DNA from: Alphaproteobacteria bacterium
GTDB lineage: Bacteria > Pseudomonadota > Alphaproteobacteria > MPNO01 > UBA830
Length of the DNA: 64,000 bases
Reading direction: 5' to 3'
Assembly: GCA_965243135.1 (NCBI GenBank)
Contig: OZ251539.1
Location: forward strand, 64,001 to 128,000
Under the pieces are notes generated by a model. The model was given only the letters and a program-made list of their open reading frames with translations. It had not been told where the DNA came from and searched no databases. Positions 10,577-21,993 of this stretch are shown here, piece by piece. Both the position numbers and the translations under genes were made by a program. How positions within the stretch are numbered: the first letter of the stretch is position 1; the number at the start of each line of letters is the position of its first letter.

Positions 10577-11877
10577 CAAAGCTCAGTCATGTAGCCGAGC
10601 CAGGCGTCGTACATGTTGCGGATATAGACCTCGCTCGTGGAATCGCGCCCTTGCAGGCCGCCGTGATCGTCGGGGCGGTCGCTGGCGTAGCCGCGTCCGA
10701 TCTGGATCCAGTCCGCGCCTTCGCTGGTCACGCCGGCGCCGATCCGTCCGTAGGTTTCAAGGTCGTCCGTCAGCACGAGGGAGCCGGTGCCGTTGGTCAC
10801 GTTGGCGAAGGCGATCGTGTCCTCGAACATCTTCGCGGGCGCGCCCTTCAGGCGGAACGAATAGGTGTAGACTTCGGTCCGGTCGACCGCGACGGGGTGG
10901 ACCACCCGCAACTGGCGAAACTGACTCATGAAGGAAAGGTTGGGATAGACGTTCGAGTTCCAGCGCGTTCGCTCGAGGATTCGCCTGGTCTCCGCCGCGC
11001 CCTTCTTCGCTTCCATCGCTGCGATGTAGTCCGCGAAAACGGGGTCGCGCCCCGCGGCGACCAGCTTTTCGTCGTCGTGATAGTCGCCCAGGAAGGAATG
11101 ACCGTTGGGGTAGGTCCAGATGCCCACCCGGTCCTGCCAGAATTCGTAGGATGCGCCGTTCTGGCGCATCTGGCGGATGGCGACCTCGCCCGACCCGTCG
11201 CTGTGCGCCGCATCGTCCTGGCGGCGCGCCGCGTCGATCGACGACCGGTGGACGAAAATCGGGTGCGCGGCGTCGCACAGGTTTTCGAGGTAGAGCTTCC
11301 AGTTGCCGTCGTAGCCGTGCTTGAAGACGCCGCCCGCGACCTCGATCTCGCCGTCCGGCGCGCGGTCGATCATGTCGTCGAACGATGTCGTCATGCGGCC
11401 GAGGAACTCCGTCAGCGACGGCCCCGCGGGGGCGAGGGAGGCGAACACGAAGCCGCGATAGCTTTCGACGCGCGGCGCGCGGACCATTGCCGTCTCGGCC
11501 GGATCGAACTCTTCCGGATAGCCGTGCCGCAGCGGAACGTCGATGAGCCGTCCGTCGGTATCGTAGGTCCAGCCGTGATAGCAGCATACGAAGGCGTCCG
11601 CGCGGCCGCTTTCTCCGGGAACCACCATGGCGCCGCGGTGCGCGCACTGGTTGTGCAGAACATGGATTTCGCCGTCGCGGTGACGCACCATCACCATCGG
11701 CCTGCGGCCGATGCGGACCGTCACGAAATCGCCCGGCGTTCTCGCCTGACTCTCGTGTCCGACGTATATCCAGGCGCGGCCGAATATTCGTTCCATCTCG
11801 AGTTCGAAGAGTTCCCGGTTCGCATAGACGCTGCGATGGACGCGGCCGGGTCGGACGAGATCGGCGATCGGGGTCAT
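10576..11877 (-). CDS. Rieske non-heme iron ring-hydroxylating dioxygenase alpha subunit
   Basis: Rieske motif CAHRG...CCYHGW; mononuclear Fe site ENLCDAAHPIFVH; DDLE. Confidence 0.93.
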   Translation of the reverse strand: MTPIADLVRPGRVHRSVYANRELFELEMERIFGRAWIYVGHESQARTPGDFVTVRIGRRPMVMVRHRDGEIHVLHNQCAHRGAMVVPGESGRADAFVCCYHGWTYDTDGRLIDVPLRHGYPEEFDPAETAMVRAPRVESYRGFVFASLAPAGPSLTEFLGRMTTSFDDMIDRAPDGEIEVAGGVFKHGYDGNWKLYLENLCDAAHPIFVHRSSIDAARRQDDAAHSDGSGEVAIRQMRQNGASYEFWQDRVGIWTYPNGHSFLGDYHDDEKLVAAGRDPVFADYIAAMEAKKGAAETRRILERTRWNSNVYPNLSFMSQFRQLRVVHPVAVDRTEVYTYSFRLKGAPAKMFEDTIAFANVTNGTGSLVLTDDLETYGRIGAGVTSEGADWIQIGRGYASDRPDDHGGLQGRDSTSEVYIRNMYDAWLGYMTEL

Positions 11878-12552
11878 GAGCCTGACGGAACGCTTTGCCC
11901 TGTGTGTTTCGGGACAGTATTCGCGCGCTTCGCCGACGTCAATCGCCGCTGCACGCGCCTGCACGCAAGACCGGGCGACCGGCCGGAGGAGGCTCGGATG
12001 CGAACCTGGCGAACGACGTTGCCTTGGTTGCCCCGGTCATGCGGCCGGGCATCCGGCACTGACCGGCGGGAGTACGGCGCGAGTCGAGCGGGGTCAGGCG
12101 CGCGTTGCGAAGCCGGGCGGATTGCCGGAAGGCGTGGGCGAAACTGCCGCCGGAAAGCGCGCATGCGGAACGAACTCCATCCAAAGCCCGAACCTGCACG
12201 CGCGTTGCGTTTCGCCTGCTTTCCCGAGCGGCGAAGCCATGACGCCGAGCGAGATTTCCGATTTCGAGGAGTTCGTGCCGGAGGGAGGTCGTTTGGCGAG
12301 ACCGGACGAGCGACGGGACGGTTCCGCAGATACCCGAAGAGTATTGCCGGTCGAGACAGCGGCGAAGCGGCGGAAGCGCTGGCTGACCGCTTGCGGTTCG
12401 CGAGACGGGCTGAGCATGCAGTTTTGCCTCGGCGCTCGGCAACGTCGGCCTCGCGCCGCTGACGAAGCGGCAAGTCGGCGGCGCGCACCGAACCGATGCG
12501 AGACGACCTTACCCGCTACGGACTGCATTGTCCGGTCGTCGGGGACGATCGC

Positions 12553-12732
12553 TCAGGTGAGGAAGCCCAGCACTACGAGCGACACTACGAGCCACACCAC
12601 GGTACCGAAAGCGTCCGACAGCTCGTCCACAATGTTCGGCTTCTTCGGGTTCGGGCCCGGCGCGCCGCAGTGCGGGCACGTCTGCGCCGATTCGGCGATC
12701 CGGCCGGAGCATTCGCGGCAATCGACCAGCGC
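12553..12732 (-). CDS. Small zinc-ribbon membrane protein (no canonical start; possibly a pseudogene)
   Basis: Hand translation: ALVDCRECSGRIAESAQTCPHCGAPGPNPKKPNIVDELSDAFGTVVWLVVSLVVLGFLT*; two CxxC pairs plus a TM helix. Confidence 0.5.
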   Translation of the reverse strand, partial: ALVDCRECSGRIAESAQTCPHCGAPGPNPKKPNIVDELSDAFGTVVWLVVSLVVLGFLT

Positions 12733-12947
12733 CCCTCCGTTTCGTGCGTCGCGGCGATGGCCTCACGCGTACTGTACTTCCGTCGGCGCTTCAATCTCGA
12801 CTCCGAAGGGCCAAAGTTGAGCGCGGGACATCGCGGCGACGGAAATCGCCCCGTTCCCCCGACATGCGTTCTCCTTGCCGACGGCAACGTTTCTCCGGTC
12901 GGCGGCCTTGTGCTAAGCTGAGCGGACATACGGAGGAGACCGAATTC

Positions 12948-13709
12948 ATGACCGCTACCGTTACCGCACTTCGCGACCGGATCGGCGACGAGGAATGGAA
13001 GGTTCGGGTCGATCTGGCCGCAGCCTATCGTCTTGCGCATCTCTACGGATGGACGACGACGCTGATCTACAATCACATCTCGGCGCGCGTACCGGGGCCG
13101 GACCACCATTTCCTGCTCAATCCGTTCGGATTGCGCTGGGACGAGGTCACGGCGTCCAATCTCGTCAAGATCGATCTCGAGGGCAATATTCTCGACGACA
13201 CGCCGCACCGCATCAACAACGCCGGCTACACCATCCACAGCGCGATCCACGCCGCGCGCGAGGACGCCATGTGCATCATCCACACGCACACCGAAGCCGG
13301 CATGTCGGTATCGGCGCTGGAGGACGGCCTGATCTACACCAATCAGGACTCGATGATGTTTTACGGGCGCGTCGCCTACCACGAATTCGAAGGCATCGCG
13401 CTCGACCTGTCGGAGCGCGAGCGGCTGGTCGCGGACCTCGGCGACAAGAAGGTCATGCTTCTCAGGAACCACGGACTTCTGACGACCGGCCGCAGCGTGG
13501 CCGACGCATGGGTGCACATGTACTTTCTCGAGAAGGTCTGCTCGGCCCAGTTGGCGCTGATGGCGGCCGCCGGCGGCCGGATTCGCCACCCGTCCCGCGA
13601 AGTGTGCGAGCACACCGCGAGACAGTATGAAAACGAAGGTCAAGGCGATCGGGAATGGCCCGCGCTGTTGCGCCAGCTCGACGGCGTGACGACCGACTAC
13701 AAGCGCTGA
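12948..13709 (+). CDS. Class II aldolase/adducin family protein
   Basis: Motifs DLAAAYR, NHISAR, IHSAIH, HTHT, LRNHG. Confidence 0.92.
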   Translation: MTATVTALRDRIGDEEWKVRVDLAAAYRLAHLYGWTTTLIYNHISARVPGPDHHFLLNPFGLRWDEVTASNLVKIDLEGNILDDTPHRINNAGYTIHSAIHAAREDAMCIIHTHTEAGMSVSALEDGLIYTNQDSMMFYGRVAYHEFEGIALDLSERERLVADLGDKKVMLLRNHGLLTTGRSVADAWVHMYFLEKVCSAQLALMAAAGGRIRHPSREVCEHTARQYENEGQGDREWPALLRQLDGVTTDYKR

Positions 13710-13713
13710 GCCG

Positions 13714-14442
13714 ATGGCGGCGACCGTCGACGAAATCGCCCCGGACGTTTTTCGCGTCGCGTGCTTCAACGCGCAGGCGAACTTCCAGTTTTCTTCCTTC
13801 GTGGTGCGCGACGAGGAGCCGCTCCTCTATCACACCAACCTGCGGGGCAATTTCGAGGACGTCGTCGCCGGCGTGCGCGGCGTGGTGGATCCGGCGGCGA
13901 TCCGATGGATCGGATTCAGCCATTTCGAGTCCGACGAATGCGGGTCGCTCAACGAATGGCTCGCGGTCGCGCCGCGCGCGGAGCCGGTGTGCAGCTTCGT
14001 CGGCGCGCGAACCAGCGTCGGCGATTTCGCGGCGCGGCCCCCGCGGGTTCTGGAGTCCGGCGAGCGCATAGAAACCGGGGCGCGCCGGTTCCGCGTGATC
14101 GAGACCGGCCACGTTCCGCACGGCTGGGACGCCAGCCTGCTCTTCGAGGAGACGGACGGAACCCTGTTCTGCTCCGATCTGCTCGGGCACGGCGGCGATG
14201 TCGAGGCGCTGTGCGGCGGCGACATCGTAGGACGGTCGGAGGCGTACAACGCGCGGCAGCAGGAGGGGCCGATGGCCGGATCGGTGCCTTACACGCATCG
14301 GACGCGGCCGATCATAGAGCTGCTTGCCGGCCTCGAGCCGAGAACGCTGGCGTGCATGCACGGCTCCAGCTTCGCGGGAGAGGGCGGCCGCGTTCTGCGG
14401 GAGTTCGGCGACGTTCTGGAACGTTGCTTCGGGCCTCGGTAG
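13714..14442 (+). CDS. Metallo-beta-lactamase-fold protein (FprA/ODP di-iron-like)
   Basis: Motifs [24 protein letters not shown]. Confidence 0.8.
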   Translation: MAATVDEIAPDVFRVACFNAQANFQFSSFVVRDEEPLLYHTNLRGNFEDVVAGVRGVVDPAAIRWIGFSHFESDECGSLNEWLAVAPRAEPVCSFVGARTSVGDFAARPPRVLESGERIETGARRFRVIETGHVPHGWDASLLFEETDGTLFCSDLLGHGGDVEALCGGDIVGRSEAYNARQQEGPMAGSVPYTHRTRPIIELLAGLEPRTLACMHGSSFAGEGGRVLREFGDVLERCFGPR

Positions 14443-14461
14443 CCTTGGAGTGGAGAACGCG

Positions 14462-14866
14462 ATGGCGACCAAGATCAGCAAGACCGAAGACGAGTGGAGG
14501 GCGCTGCTGTCCGAGGAGCAGTTCCGGGTGCTTCGCAAGCACGGCACCGAGCGACCGTTCACCGGCGCGTACGACGGCTGCAAGGAAGAAGGGACGTACG
14601 CGTGCGCCGGTTGCGGCCATCCGCTGTTCTCTTCGGAGCATAAGTTCGATTCGGGCACCGGCTGGCCCAGCTTCTACCAACCGATCGGGGACGGGGCGGT
14701 GGAGACGAAGGCCGACTGGTCCCTGTTCATGCGGCGGACCGAGGTTCATTGCGCCCGCTGCGACGGCCATCTCGGCCATGTCTTCCCGGACGGCCCCATG
14801 CCGACGGGCCAACGTTACTGCATCAATTCCGCGTCGCTGAATCTGGAAGCCAAGGGCGGCGCGTAG
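14462..14866 (+). CDS. msrB: Peptide methionine-R-sulfoxide reductase
   Basis: Motifs [39 protein letters not shown]. Confidence 0.97.
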   Translation: MATKISKTEDEWRALLSEEQFRVLRKHGTERPFTGAYDGCKEEGTYACAGCGHPLFSSEHKFDSGTGWPSFYQPIGDGAVETKADWSLFMRRTEVHCARCDGHLGHVFPDGPMPTGQRYCINSASLNLEAKGGA

Positions 14867-14906
14867 GGACCGCGCTTCGCCCGCGGAAGGCTCGCCGCCC
14901 GGCGGA

Positions 14907-16091
14907 TCAGGTCAGTTCGACCGTCAGCGGATCGTAAGAGTAGAGCCAGGCGTTGCGATCCTCTCCTTCGTCGCGCCCGGCGAAGGCGCGGCGGATCTCG
15001 TCGACGCTGTCCAGATGAAACAGTCGCCGGTTCGCGTCCGAGGCGTCGACGACGCGGGCGGTGCGCGACGCCCGGTTACGCTGGTAGAGCGCGAGCGCCG
15101 AGGCGATGTCGCCGCGCTGCCGGAGCGCTCTCGCCAGCACCGCCCCGTCCTCGATCGCCATGGCCGCGCCCTGCGCCAGATAGGGCAACGTCGCGTGCGC
15201 CGCGTCTCCGAGCAGGGTGGCTCGCGCCGTGCTCCACGCCTCGATCGTCGGCCGGCGGTACAGCGCCCACCGGTAGCACTCGTCGCGGTCGGCGAGGTCG
15301 ATCACCGTGCGGATGTCCCGATGCCAGCCCCGGAAATCCGCGTCGAGGTCCTCCCAGGGGAATTTGAGGGTCCAGGATTCCTCGGACGCGACCGGCGTCT
15401 CGACCGCGCCGACGAAGTTCAGCAGTTCGCCGTTGCGAATCCAGTAGGTCACCGCGTGCTTTCCCGGCCCCATCCAGACCGACATCACCTCTTCCATGAA
15501 ATCGGCCGGCAGCCGGTCGCGGGGCACGGTGATGCGCCACGCCGAATCGCCCGTGTAGGCGGCGGGCACGCGGCCCGCGATGCGGTCGCGGACGACGGAC
15601 TTCACGCCGTCGGCGCCGACCAGAAGGTCGCCTCTTGCGGAGGAGCCGTTCGAGAAGCGCAGCGTGACGCCGGCTTCGTCCTCTTCGAAACCGGTTGCGC
15701 AGCGGTCGAGACGAATCGCGTCGCCCCGGCGCTTCCGCACGGCCTCCGCGACCAGGGCATGCAGGTCGGCGCGATGAATCTGGTTGTAGGGCGCGCGGTG
15801 GAGGCGTTCGTGCTCGGCCGACAACGCGAAACGGTCGACGATCTCGCCGGTATCGTGCAGGCGGAAGACGTAACCCTCCGGCCGCACGGACCTCGCCGAC
15901 ACCTCCTCGCCGACGCCGAGATGGTTAAGCACGTGCATCGCGTTCGCGCTGACCTGGATGCCGGCGCCGACCTCGCCCAGTTCGGGCGCCTGTTCGTACA
16001 CTTCGACCTCGAAGCCGGCCTCCAGCAGGCAGCCGGCGGCGGCCAGCCCGCCGAGGCCGGCCCCGACGACGAGGATCTTCGGTTCGCTCAT
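14907..16091 (-). CDS. FAD-dependent monooxygenase (salicylate hydroxylase-like)
   Basis: Motifs GAGLGG, GADG, LLGDAAH, PYLAQGAAMAIED. Confidence 0.9.
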   Translation of the reverse strand: MSEPKILVVGAGLGGLAAAGCLLEAGFEVEVYEQAPELGEVGAGIQVSANAMHVLNHLGVGEEVSARSVRPEGYVFRLHDTGEIVDRFALSAEHERLHRAPYNQIHRADLHALVAEAVRKRRGDAIRLDRCATGFEEDEAGVTLRFSNGSSARGDLLVGADGVKSVVRDRIAGRVPAAYTGDSAWRITVPRDRLPADFMEEVMSVWMGPGKHAVTYWIRNGELLNFVGAVETPVASEESWTLKFPWEDLDADFRGWHRDIRTVIDLADRDECYRWALYRRPTIEAWSTARATLLGDAAHATLPYLAQGAAMAIEDGAVLARALRQRGDIASALALYQRNRASRTARVVDASDANRRLFHLDSVDEIRRAFAGRDEGEDRNAWLYSYDPLTVELT

Positions 16092-16104
16092 CCGCCTGCA
16101 GCCT

Positions 16105-16881
16105 TCACGCGGACTCGTACATTTCCCGCATCAGGGAGAGGATGTCGGGCGCTCCGGCGAGAAAGGCATTTTGAACGCGAGAGACCAACTCGTCCGGAAT
16201 TCCGTGCATCGCCTCGGCGATCGGACCGGCGACGGCGGCCAGCGTATCGGAGTCGCCGCCGAGCGACACCGCGTTCCGGACCGCGTCCTCGAAGCTGTCG
16301 GACTCCAGCGCGCAGATGACCGCTTCGGGCACCGTTTTCTGGCAGGTTACGTCGAAGCCGTAGTCCGGGCGGATTTCGTCCACGCTGCGAGCGAGGTCGT
16401 AACCGTACTCCGCCGAAACGGCTTCGCGGATGCGCGCCGCGTTTTCGCCCTGAAAGGCGAGCCAGATCGCATGCACGGTCGCGCGCGCGCCCTTCATTCC
16501 TTCCTCGTGGTCGTGCGTGATTTCGGTGACGCGGTCGGCGGCGGCAAGCGCGGCCGAAAGCTCCTTGCGGCGATTCAGGAACGCGGCGGGAGAGACCCGC
16601 ATCGCCGCGCCGTTGCCGAAGCTGCCGTAAGGCTCGGCCGTGTCCCGGTGTATCCACTGACGGAACATACCGCCGTAGCCGCGTCCGGGATGGTTTCGAC
16701 ACATTCGCTGCAGCGCCGGAGCGGGGGCGAGGCCGTGCAGCAGAATGTCTGCGACCGCCGCGGTGCAGACCGAATCGTCAGTGAAACGGCAGCCCGCGCC
16801 GAAAAGCTCGAACTCCTTGGTCTTGATCCCGTTCCGCTCGTAAACCGAACCGACGATATCGCCGATGATCGCGCCGAACAA
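16105..16881 (-). CDS. ADP-ribosylglycohydrolase family protein
   Basis: GAIIGDIVGSVYE, FTDD, SFGNGAAMRVSP, GGDSDT; TTG start after an AGGGAGG RBS. Confidence 0.9.
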   Translation of the reverse strand: MFGAIIGDIVGSVYERNGIKTKEFELFGAGCRFTDDSVCTAAVADILLHGLAPAPALQRMCRNHPGRGYGGMFRQWIHRDTAEPYGSFGNGAAMRVSPAAFLNRRKELSAALAAADRVTEITHDHEEGMKGARATVHAIWLAFQGENAARIREAVSAEYGYDLARSVDEIRPDYGFDVTCQKTVPEAVICALESDSFEDAVRNAVSLGGDSDTLAAVAGPIAEAMHGIPDELVSRVQNAFLAGAPDILSLMREMYESA

Positions 16882-16940
16882 CGCCGTCCTCCCTTTCTTC
16901 CCTTCCCGCCGGGCGGCGCCGCGCCGCCCGCGCGGCGATT

Positions 16941-17375
16941 CTACAGCGTCATCGCCATCCTGACATGCGGAATTCCCGCGTCCTCGAATTCGCCGCCTTC
17001 CCGGCGGAAGCCGAGCTTTTCGTAGAACGGTTCGGCGTGGGTCTGGGAATGCAGGACCGCCGCCGCGTAGCCGTCCTTTCGCGCGTCCGACAGCGCGCGT
17101 TCGGTCAGCGCCCTTCCGATGCCGCGGCCGCGGTAGGGCCTGAGCACGGCGATGCGCTCGAGCTTGACGATGCCGCCGTCGAGAGGCCTCGAACGCGCCG
17201 TTCCCACGGGCAGGTCGCCGCGCCGCGCCAGATAGTGGCGGCAGAGATCGTCGAGGCCGTCCAGTTCGATGTCGCGGGCGACCTTCTGTTCGCCGCAGAA
17301 CACCTCGACGCGGATGGCGAAGCATGCCGCCCGGTCGTCGGCCTCCAACGCTTCCAGGATCGTCGTCATGAGCAC
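16941..17375 (-). CDS. GNAT family N-acetyltransferase (ElaA/YjcF-like)
   Basis: Motifs IRVEVFCGEQ, RGRGIG, FYEKLGF, DAGIPH. Confidence 0.9.
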   Translation of the reverse strand: MLMTTILEALEADDRAACFAIRVEVFCGEQKVARDIELDGLDDLCRHYLARRGDLPVGTARSRPLDGGIVKLERIAVLRPYRGRGIGRALTERALSDARKDGYAAAVLHSQTHAEPFYEKLGFRREGGEFEDAGIPHVRMAMTL

Positions 17376-17444
17376 CCGATGAACTTTGCGAAAAGACGCT
17401 TAACCCGTAATCGCCCCGCTGTCACCCGTTGCGGACGGGCGGCC
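17288..17444. repeat. Imperfect ~157-bp direct repeat, copy 1 (5' part and upstream region of the GNAT gene)
   Basis: gttcgccgcagaacacctcgacgcgga...taacccgtaatcgcc...gtcacccgttgcgg recurs at 21994-22150. Confidence 0.9.
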
Positions 17445-17569
17445 GCCCGTCCCGCCGTTCGCTTGCATAGCTCTGCCCTTCGGATTTGAACGAAGACCGC
17501 ATAGCGACAACGGAATTATGACTGGCGGCGTGGACTGGAGACGCAACGCTGCGCTGCCTTGGTTAGAGA

Positions 17570-20500
17570 TCATTCCTCGGTGGATCGCGGTATCCCCCGG
17601 ACAGTCGGCTCGAGGCTGAGCATATCGCACCATTGCGCGACCTCTGCCGGATCGATCCCCGCCGCCGTTGCCGCGGCTTCGTCCAGCCGCTGCCGGACTG
17701 GATCGACGGGACCGTCGCGCATCTCGGCGAGTTCCATCTGCGACGTCTCTTCCCAAGCCGCCGCCAGCATCCGTCGCGCTGGCGAGTCCCTGCGTATTTC
17801 CTTCGGGACTCCGACCGACCGGAGATGGTCGGCTGACCAGTTCGGATAGGTCAACTTTCGCGATCGGCGATTGAACAGCAGCAACCGGGCAGGAGTGGAA
17901 TTCCACCAGGCGCAAAGCGCCTTTCCAACATGCCCTTCCGTATGCGTGACAGGTATCCACCCAGAGCCGAATGCAGGCTTTTCCGAATAGAGTGCGCTGA
18001 GGCGTCCCGATTGGGTATCCATCCTTGCGGCCAGCATCAGATTGCCGGATTTGAGGGCCGTATCCTTCCAAGGTTTTGGGCCGGGACGTACCCACTGTTC
18101 AGGGGCGCCGGCCATTTTCCGGCGCAATTTCGATGAAATCGAACCGAACATCTTTACGGATCCCGGATGGGTTCCATCTTCGCATTTTATCCAGTTCTTT
18201 TTGCTCCTTATAGCTTGTCCGAGCGCACCCAAGGAGAATAATGATCCCAAGGGTTTCAAAGCTTCGAGTTTTTCCAGTTTTTCGATCACCCAAGCCAGTT
18301 CACCATTGTACCATTGGGCCGGAAACCAGTTGCCCGCCTCGATCAGTAGCCTCGGCCAAACGATTTCATTCCCCAGGTTTTTACAATGGCCTGCCGATAT
18401 GGAATCCGCGATCTCTATTGCTTCTTCCGGGGTGGCTGGCATCTTTCGAAGCGACACGAATTTCGTATCTCCCCGCATTTCTTTGGATCGCCGACGGCAG
18501 ACCAACAGGCTTTCATGTATGGAGGTGTTTTCGGAGAAGTTGATACGGCGCGGATCGTGGGTCGTCACCACAAACTCCACATAAAAGCGGTCCGCGATGA
18601 ACCGGCGCTCCTCGATTCCGGATGCTCCGATGCAGGCCGTTGTCGGCATTACTTTCGCCAATGTTCCATCCTTCTTATCGAGCAATCTTTCCGCAAGCGG
18701 CGTGAAGAATGTGCTTATGCTGTTGGTCGTGATAAGGCTGCCGGCTTGCAGATCCTGGATTGTCACATGGTCGCGGATGAAGATCTCGCGCCTTTGCATC
18801 GCAGCGATAGTTTCGGGCCCGAATTTGCGGCTTCGCTTCGCATTGTCGGTGTAGGGCGGGTTCATGATTACTAGATCGAGATCCTCAAGAGGAAAATCTT
18901 TGTTCTCCGCATCGTCAACTTGCCGAGAATCGAGATGTTCCAGTCCGCGCAACGGTTGGGCCATGCTTTCGAGATCCGTTCCGGCCCTCGTCAGTATCTC
19001 GATCGATCCCGCTCTGGCCTGTCCTCCATCGTCGACTCCGTGCCGCAGGGTATGCAGATTCATGCGTCCATAATCGACCGTGGGCGCGCCCAGGGTCATA
19101 TTGCAGGCCGCAAGCTGGACGGCGTGCCGGTTGATGTCGAGTCCGCACAGTACGTCCTCCACCAGCCGCTTGTGCAAGCTGGCTTCGTCGTTTCCCCCCC
19201 CCCCCCCCCCTCGCCTTGATCGTGTGCAGCGCAGCCATGAGCAAGGTGCCCGTTCCGCAAGCCGGGTCCATGATTCGCAACCTCGCGATAGCATCCGGGT
19301 CCGACCAGTCGACGAAATTTTCGGGCAAAGCCAAGCGCGCGAGCATCAGGGCGGAAAGGTTGTTCGTGTAGAATGCGCCGTCGCTCGGACCGTGCGGCAA
19401 AATCCGATGATAGAGCGGACCGGCGTGGTCCAGACCCAACTCGCTCAACGAGTCCGCAAGACTGTTAGCGCGTTCTGCCAAGATACGGATTGGATTCTTC
19501 GCTTCCGGAACGCCGCAGAGTATCCGAAGCACGGCAAGCGCGGGCTTGAACACCGGTTTGAAGTCTTTTTTCAGAATTGTTTCCCAAGCCTCGTACAGCA
19601 ATTCGGCAGGTTCATTGGCGCCGCCTACTTTATCGAGCCGAAGAACCATTGACATTCCCGGTTCATTGCGCAGCCTGCGGTGAAGCAGGCAAGCGTTGCA
19701 AAGCAGCAATGCGCCGATCGTGCAAGCGTTCCGGGTTTCGCCGGGAGTATCCGTGGGTAGATCCAGCGCATGGCCGATCGCCTCGCCATGGCCCTGCTCC
19801 CACAACGCTGCCGCTGCCTGTTTCACTGTGTCGGTTATCTCGTCGGCGACAAGCTGGCCCGGCTTGCCCAAGCCGGATGCCGAGGCGACATGCGCATAGA
19901 TGCCCTGATCCGCTTCCTTCAGATCAAGCCTCTCCTGTATCGGATCGCCGCTAAAATCGCCATCTCCGTCCGATTGGCTGCCAAGCTGCTTTCCGGCTTC
20001 GTAGACCCTGACGAACCGGACCACATCCTCCGCGAGACGGCCATCGTGCGACTGAAGGGCTCGCAATACCCGCCCGACCGTCTGATAACCTTCAGCTCTC
20101 CGCTCCAGCGCTAAAATGATGTCCTCGCCAGGTTCCATGACGACGGGGATTATGATGTACCCGAACTTCTTGCCTTCGGCGCGGCGCATCACCCGGCCCA
20201 CTGATTGAACGACGTCGACTTGACTGTCTCGGGGATCGAGGAAGGCGACGGCATTCAGCGACGGGACGTCGACCCCTTCCGTGAATAGTTTGACATTGCA
20301 GACGATGCGGCACTCGCCAGCCCGCTCGGCGCCATCGAGTGCCTCCAACTCCCGGTTCCGCACGAAGACGTTATCCGAGGCGTCGAGATGCTTAGCTTCC
20401 ACCTTCATCGCCCGACCATGTTCCATGCGCCGCGTCGTGGCCGCCAGCACTTGCGGTTCGGCGAGAGCGCCTTCGTACCATTTGGACCGCTTGATGCTGT

Positions 20501-21932
20501 TTGCGAACGCCATCGTGCGCGGAAGGGGACCTGGCTTCTCCAGGTCGCTTCCGTCAGTGACGCCGTTGACGGCGAGGGATACGCCCAAGACGCGCGTCAT
20601 TTCGTTCATCGTCGGCGCGGCCCTGCGGTCATTGCTATCGTCCAGCCCGGCCAACCGTCGGCGCAGTCCCGGCGTAACGCTGGACTGACTGACTCCGAGA
20701 ACGATCACCCGGTAGTCCGACAGGATTCCTGCGTCGACTGCTTTGGCGAAAGGCAGCCTGTGAAATTCCGGCCCGTAGACCTCAAGGTCGGTCATGTCTA
20801 CGACCTCGTAGCCTTTCCGCTCAATGCGCGATTTAGAACTCGCTGTGTACATTCTGGGTGTCGCGGTCATGTAGAGACGGCGTTTTGCCCGGATCCGACC
20901 GTTGTCGTGGATTTCCTGAAAATCGACCTTGCCTGCTGCCTGTCCCGAGATTCCCGTCGTGCGGTGCGCCTCGTCCGCAATCACAAGGTCGATCACCGGC
21001 ACGTCATCGCGGTCTTGCGCTTCTCGGACGCGGTCGAGAGAGTGGTAGGTGCAGAAAATCGCCGCCGTTTTCGTTCCGTCGCGCAGGGCCGCGGCGATCT
21101 CTTCAGGCTTCGTGGTCACCGGGCATTCCAGCTCGGAGATTTGAATGTCCTCGTTTTCGTTTCTGCCGCCAGCGTACGGATCCGAACAGACGACCAGACA
21201 CCGCAGGGGTCGGGTCGCGCGGCGCAGCCATTCGCGGCGGGCCTGGGACACCAGGGCGATGGTTGGTGCTGCAAATAGGATCCTTCCACCGTTCTCCACG
21301 ACCTGCTCGGCGATCCGGAGCGACGTAAAAGTCTTTCCGGTGCCGCAAGCCATAACGAGCCGTCCCCGCTCGTGGTTCCGAAGTCCCGCTACCGTGTCTT
21401 CGATCGCTTCGCCCTGGAGGACCCAAGGTTCCTGCACAGGTGGCTCCGCGTCGTCTTCGGCCAGCTGAACATTGTGAAACCGCGCGAAATCCAGGTGGGT
21501 GACCGGCGGGTTCGCGTTAGTGATCGCGGCCTCCGCATTCGCGCTCCATCGGCAGGTGCCGACAATCCAGCGTATATCGAAGACCTCTTGCTGCGATGCG
21601 CCCAGAAACGAATCGATACCGCCTTTCGGAAGAACGCGTTGTTCATCGTAGCACTTGCACTGGATGGCGATATGCCTGCCGTCGGATCGCCGGGCCACAA
21701 GGTCGATGCCGATGTCTCGTCCGTCCAGGCCGGTCCGGTTCTTGCGCTCCGGCCAGTCGGCCCAGCGCCAGATTTCTTCGACTTCCAAATCCGGTTCCTG
21801 CCGTGCGATCCGCATGAAGAGCTGTTCAAACCAGCGGCCCTTTTCGGTTTCGTCGCGGCTCGTTTTCCGGATTCGGTCGAGAATGTGCCTGACCGTGGGG
21901 TTCCCGCGGAGATCGAGTTCTCCCTGTTGCAT
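17570..21932 (-). CDS. Type ISP (LlaGI/LlaBIII-like) single-polypeptide restriction-modification enzyme, frameshifted at a G17 tract
   Basis: ORF 18915..21932 carries the Mrr-like nuclease GIDLVA..IQCK, helicase motifs MACGTGKT, DEAH and QSVGRVMR, and MTase motif I DPACGTG. ORF 17570..19294 carries motif IV MNPPY and the C-terminal recognition region. The two frames meet at C17 (19194-19210). Confidence 0.85.
19194..19210 (-). repeat. Poly-G (G17 on the coding strand) simple sequence repeat
   Basis: 17 consecutive C on the + strand, exactly at the frame junction; G16 or G19 would restore the frame. Confidence 0.9.
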
Positions 21933-21993
21933 TTCGCTTGCTCCCTTGGACGCTTGGGCATTTCGCTTAGCAGGCGATTTCTCCAGTTCTTCC

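Noticed and set aside
11880-12550. Long intergenic stretch upstream of the dioxygenase as a gene or ncRNA
   Set aside because: Only low-complexity Arg/Ala-rich ORFs, and no RNA motif I can support.
13714-14442. Metallo-beta-lactamase resistance gene
   Set aside because: No signal peptide, and the motif is HFESDE (FprA/ODP-like) rather than HxHxDH.
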